The notes beneath the pieces are model-generated. The model did no database searches, was not told the origin of the DNA, and worked only from the letters and a program-made list of their open reading frames with translations. Positions 60,090-64,000 of a stretch of DNA of 64,000 bases are shown here, piece by piece. The stretch spans positions 896,001 to 960,000 of the forward strand of contig OY970195.1 of the NCBI GenBank assembly GCA_963708185.1. The letters run 5' to 3'. Source of the stretch: Candidatus Peregrinibacteria bacterium (GTDB lineage Bacteria; Patescibacteriota; Gracilibacteria; UBA1369). Position numbers and translations under genes: made by a program. How positions within the stretch are numbered: position 1 is the first letter of the stretch; each line of letters starts with the position of its first letter.

Positions 60090-60702
60090 GCCAGATGAGA
60101 AAGAGAGCGCCGATATTCGCGCAGAGGTAGAGCAAGCATAGCGCAATACCGACCCAAATTGGAAGGTTAAATCGGCTTGCGGAGGCGATTTGTTCTATGG
60201 CCTTATACAACGGCACGGTGCTCCTCACTTTCAGCACGGGCTGGCTTTGACTATTCAACCAGTACGTGATGCCGTTCTGCGGCGTTGCATCCTTGGAACT
60301 CAGGAGGAAGCACAGTTTTTGATCGGTAGAAATACCAGAAAAACCTATGGGAAAATAATCGTTATCCTTGACGCTGCCCGAAGGAAACTCATTTCGTGCA
60401 ATGATGTTTTTGGTATTGTCGCGCAGGGTAAAAATCTCGACCTGATTGGTGTTGGTATTTTGGCGATCGTAGGTGGCCAGAAGGATATCGATGCTCGTGA
60501 CGTTTTCAAATTTACCGTCGATGCACTGTTCCAGGGGAGTTTGGGTGGTTATCGGGTCGGCGGGGCGAAGCTCTCCGTCATTCGGCTGGACGTAGAGGGT
60601 GTAGGGAACAGGCAGGAACGTAAAAACCAACGCGGCGACCATGACGCTGAAAAGCGAGTATTTAAGCCAGTTCCCGGATTTTTCAGTGTGTTTTTTGAGC
60701 AT
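60010..60702 (-). CDS. Hypothetical membrane protein
   Basis: TM at both ends with a beta-rich extracellular middle; overlaps the wzm start. Confidence 0.6.
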   Translation of the reverse strand: MLKKHTEKSGNWLKYSLFSVMVAALVFTFLPVPYTLYVQPNDGELRPADPITTQTPLEQCIDGKFENVTSIDILLATYDRQNTNTNQVEIFTLRDNTKNIIARNEFPSGSVKDNDYFPIGFSGISTDQKLCFLLSSKDATPQNGITYWLNSQSQPVLKVRSTVPLYKAIEQIASASRFNLPIWVGIALCLLYLCANIGALFLIWHEVQKSPQKVPKAASAHSRRARQKRI

Positions 60703-62141
60703 CAGTAAAATTCAGGAATAATACGGAACATGATGGTGACAAAACCGCTGAAAACAAAAAACGTCATGATGATTTTCATCGCGGTGGAGAGATTTTTTTG
60801 TGAAACAAGATGCGCCAGTCCGCGGACAAAAAAATACATGAACGGTATCAGCGCCGAAAAAAGATATCTTCCCTGCAGGGCTCCTAAAAATCCACGTTCG
60901 CGGAAGATCTGGAAGAGTTCGTAACTCAAAGCCGCGGACACAAAAACAATAGGGAGGAGCATGGTCCATCCTTTCCAGCCCAGGATTTTTTTCCAAAGAT
61001 GTTTGCGGTTCTTTTTTTGGAACGATTCGGCGGCGAATTTTGTAAAACCCGCTGCGGAAGCCAATGTCAGCAATCCCACCACCGCATACTGCCAGGTGAA
61101 GAGACGGAAAAAGAACTGACCGAAAGCACCCCAGATATTTTTGTAGTATTCCCCCAGGAATCCCGCGCCGAAGAAAAATCCCCACACCGTAGCGTTTGGA
61201 AGCGCCAGGACGCCGCTGGCTTCGGGGAATATTTTGACGAGGTTCGGGTAGGCGGCCAGCAGCGCAGGATTTTTTGCCGCGTACGCACCGATATCCGGAA
61301 AGAGCATATGATACAACGCGATATTGCGGACGTACCACCAGGCGGCGATGGCAAACGCCGAGCCGAAAATAATGAGCTGATGCCGTACAAAATGCGCGAA
61401 ATCCTTCCGCGTTTTGCGCATGCGCAGATGTTTGACGATTTCGATGGTGAAGATGGAAACGTACAACGGCAATGCCGTGACCTTGGTCAAGGCCAGTAAT
61501 CCCAGGACGATGCCGGTCTGCAAACTCAGGCGGTGCGTGCGTTCGTCAAAATTCAACACCGAAAGATAAATGAGGATGCTGGAAAGCATGAAGACGAGAT
61601 TATCGTTGTTCATCAACGCGCTGATGGAAGAGAACATGGGCATAAAGGCAATGCCCACGAGAACGGTTTTCGTGACGATGCCTCCGGGGTTCGAGGGTCC
61701 GTCCGGCAAAAGCTGGTCGAGCGTTTTTTTGGCGTAGAACAGGGTGACACTGGCCATGATGATCGAGACGAGGCGCAAGATAAAAATGCACAGCAAAGGA
61801 TCATCCTGCGGCAGCAAAGCATACAAAGGCTCAAGACCAAGGTAGTAGAGCGGCGGGTGCTGGGCGATCCAGTTCAGGGCCAGCGAGCCCTTGTAGTAAT
61901 CGATTTCCTTGGCGGGATCCACGGGGCCGATGGCCTGGACGCGTTCGGAAAGGACGGTTTTCCCCAGGACTGGGAACCGGTGTTCGTAAAAAAGGCTTTC
62001 CACGTAGCCGTAATGTGCGATCTCATCCGGAGCCTGCCAGGGCGGCGTGAGGTATGACCACAGCAGTTCCTTGCAAAAAAATACCGCTATGAGCAGCCAA
62101 ATCCATGGAAGTTTCCTGAGTTTTTGAAAAAAAGCGGTCAT
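60702..62141 (-). CDS. GT-C-type membrane glycosyltransferase (DUF2142/PMT-like)
   Basis: PPWQAPDEIAH, QHPPLYY, NND, QGRYLF; multiple TM. Confidence 0.75.
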   Translation of the reverse strand: MTAFFQKLRKLPWIWLLIAVFFCKELLWSYLTPPWQAPDEIAHYGYVESLFYEHRFPVLGKTVLSERVQAIGPVDPAKEIDYYKGSLALNWIAQHPPLYYLGLEPLYALLPQDDPLLCIFILRLVSIIMASVTLFYAKKTLDQLLPDGPSNPGGIVTKTVLVGIAFMPMFSSISALMNNDNLVFMLSSILIYLSVLNFDERTHRLSLQTGIVLGLLALTKVTALPLYVSIFTIEIVKHLRMRKTRKDFAHFVRHQLIIFGSAFAIAAWWYVRNIALYHMLFPDIGAYAAKNPALLAAYPNLVKIFPEASGVLALPNATVWGFFFGAGFLGEYYKNIWGAFGQFFFRLFTWQYAVVGLLTLASAAGFTKFAAESFQKKNRKHLWKKILGWKGWTMLLPIVFVSAALSYELFQIFRERGFLGALQGRYLFSALIPFMYFFVRGLAHLVSQKNLSTAMKIIMTFFVFSGFVTIMFRIIPEFY

Positions 62142-62181
62142 GAAGCGGCGGAAATATCTGCATCATTCTGCCATATTTTCG

Positions 62182-62610
62182 CTAGAGCTTCAAATCCTTG
62201 AGCAGTTTGATGTTTCCTTCCTTTTTGGTCTGTTCGTAATAACGCCGGTCCGCAGTAATAAAATCTGTGTTATATGCTTTGGCCAGAGCGTGGTAGGCAG
62301 CATCGTAGAAAGAGACTTTCGGGTATTGATTTTTGATTTTCGCAGCTATTCCCATAAGGTCGGTATCGAGCGGAATAATACTTACCTGTCTTTCGGTAAA
62401 AGCAAGAAATGCATTTTCAGCTGTTTGCGTTTCTAATCCTCTTCCAACGATATTCATGAACTCATACCTGAAAATATCCGGAATCAGGATCGACAGTTCA
62501 TAATTATCTTTGAGATAATTCATTTTTTTTACCTTTTCTTCGCCATCCTCTTTCAGTATGGGTTTCAGAATAACGGATGTATCCACGACAAGAGTTTTGA
62601 TATTTTTCAT
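62182..62610 (-). CDS. vapC: VapC-type PIN-domain toxin
   Basis: VVDTSVILK, YEFMN, SFYDAAYHALA, FITAD. Confidence 0.88.
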   Translation of the reverse strand: MKNIKTLVVDTSVILKPILKEDGEEKVKKMNYLKDNYELSILIPDIFRYEFMNIVGRGLETQTAENAFLAFTERQVSIIPLDTDLMGIAAKIKNQYPKVSFYDAAYHALAKAYNTDFITADRRYYEQTKKEGNIKLLKDLKL

Positions 62611-62631
62611 GATTTTCAATAAAAGATTCAT

Positions 62632-62889
62632 TTAATGGGACTTCCTGTCTTCCCTTACAAGCTCTACCGCGGTCTTCCCGCTTTTCCGTTTATATTTATT
62701 GGCAAGATTGTCCCAAAACTCATGGATTTCTTCCATTGTTACGACTTCGTGCGATTGAGCGCTGAGATTTTTGGTGATTGCTTCAGCAACAAACCTGCTT
62801 CTTTTGTTTTTTGGAACGGAGATTTCAAGTTTTTTCATGACAATTGCAGGAATTGAAAAAGTGACCCGTTTTACATTTCTTAAAGCCAT
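62632..62889 (-). CDS. Ribbon-helix-helix antitoxin (VapB-like)
   Basis: RVTFSIP...RSRFVAEAI; C-terminal AVELVREDR; directly upstream of the PIN gene. Confidence 0.8.
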   Translation of the reverse strand: MALRNVKRVTFSIPAIVMKKLEISVPKNKRSRFVAEAITKNLSAQSHEVVTMEEIHEFWDNLANKYKRKSGKTAVELVREDRKSH

Positions 62890-62899
62890 CTTGTTTAAA

Positions 62900-62927
62900 G
62901 TTATGTAACTATTGTTATGTAACTATT
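62900..62927. promoter_or_regulatory. Candidate TA operator, 14-bp tandem repeat
   Basis: GTTATGTAACTATT twice; each unit contains the inverted repeat GTTA-TG-TAAC. Confidence 0.65.
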
Positions 62928-62976
62928 TTAAATCTTTTGATTTTGAAAAGCAAACGTTTTCCTTCATCATTGTTCC

Positions 62977-63681
62977 ATGAAACTTGCCGTCTGCATTCCG
63001 GCGTATAACGAGGAAAAAACCATAGGAGAGGTCATCAAGGCCGTTCCTCATACGATTGACGGTGTTCGTTCCGTGAAAATTTTCGTGGTGGACGATGGAT
63101 CGTCGGACAATACCGCCGAAAGAGCCCAGGAAGCCAGCAATGCCGTGGAGGTCGTACGCATCCACCCGAACAAAGGTCTGGCCAACGCTTTTGTCACGGG
63201 TATCCGCACAGCTTTGGAATGGGGCGCGGACCTTATGGTGAATATTGACGCCGACGGCCAGTACCGCGCCGAAGAGATCCCGGCTTTGATCGCTCCACTT
63301 CTTCACGATGAAGCAGACATGGTCATCGGCGACCGCCAGGTTCGTACGTTGCGCTTTATGCCGGTGAGTAAAAAATACGGAAATATCGTCGGCAGCTGGT
63401 TTTTACGAAGGCTGACCGGATCAAAAGTGCGTGACGCTTCGAGCGGGTTCCGGGCATATTCACGCAAGACCGCTGAAACCATCCGGATTCAATCCAGCCA
63501 TACCTACACCCATGAGAACCTCATTCAGGCACATTACCAGCACCTGCGCATCGCCCAGGTCCCGGTGACGTTCATTTCGAGGACAGACGGCACCTCTTCG
63601 CGGCTCATCCGAGGGGTTTTAAAGCATATTTTCAAGAGCTTACAGGGCATTTTTGCGGCCTGGCGACACTGGAGAGGGTGA
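62977..63681 (+). CDS. GT2 glycosyltransferase (DPM1-like)
   Basis: IPAYNEE, VDDGSSD, DADGQY, DASSGFRAY. Confidence 0.9.
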   Translation: MKLAVCIPAYNEEKTIGEVIKAVPHTIDGVRSVKIFVVDDGSSDNTAERAQEASNAVEVVRIHPNKGLANAFVTGIRTALEWGADLMVNIDADGQYRAEEIPALIAPLLHDEADMVIGDRQVRTLRFMPVSKKYGNIVGSWFLRRLTGSKVRDASSGFRAYSRKTAETIRIQSSHTYTHENLIQAHYQHLRIAQVPVTFISRTDGTSSRLIRGVLKHIFKSLQGIFAAWRHWRG

Positions 63682-63728
63682 TACGTTCTAAAACGGCTGA
63701 AAGCCCGTCTTCGTTGACGGTATTTTAT

Positions 63729-64000
63729 TTATATTGTCTTAAACCCAATTTTTCTTTTTGGTTGTTCTTCAGCGGCGAGCAACTGTTTGATGACTTTGAA
63801 GATAATCTTGAAGCGATTGTCGTATTTTTGCTCTATTTCCTCTATCTTTTCACGCAGTTCTTTGTTTGTAGCGAGCATTTCTCGAAGTTTGGTAAAAGTA
63901 CGCATGATTTGAATATTCACCTGGATTGCCCGTTCGCTGTGAAGGACACTTGACAGCATCGCGACGCCTTGTTCGGTAAAAACTAATGATTTTTTCCTTA
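63729..64000 (-). CDS. ORF6N-family DNA-binding protein (5' end outside window)
   Basis: VFTEQGVAMLSSVLHSERAIQVNIQIMRTF...KRKIGF. Confidence 0.85.
   Translation of the reverse strand, partial: RKKSLVFTEQGVAMLSSVLHSERAIQVNIQIMRTFTKLREMLATNKELREKIEEIEQKYDNRFKIIFKVIKQLLAAEEQPKRKIGFKTI

Overview
Gene-dense bacterial chromosome segment using genetic code 11 (TGA is a stop). The gene set points to a Patescibacteria/CPR organism, probably Peregrinibacteria-like (inference): short AlaRS, DUF4012, LemA, CofE-like ligase, SLH proteins, archaeal-type PurP pair and mostly SD-less short leaders. Contents include uppP, two purP-family genes, purN, GlmU-like transferase, MscS pair, lspA, ftsW-murG, lexA, tRNA-Thr, two SLH proteins, mutS, mutL, alaS, miaB, tRNA-Arg, eno-nnrD-pgeF, and a ~17 kb surface-glycan cluster with metK-ahcY and a vapBC pair inside it. 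The most interesting locus is 9170-10620. A promoter- and terminator-bounded, ORF-less ~450-nt structured RNA candidate with a possible pseudoknot is followed by an isolated tmRNA/tRNA-Ala-like 3' end. That fragment is fused to the end of a convergent gene carrying a DGR-type variable-region signature, with no RT or template repeat in the window. Also notable: a candidate non-canonical LexA operator (GGTGAGT-N4-ACTCACC), a Ser1 proteasome-beta-like Ntn hydrolase coupled to miaB, a 1-nt frameshift in the priming sugar transferase, and an SLH motif split by a peptidoglycan-binding domain. All assignments come from reading the sequence; no searches were run.
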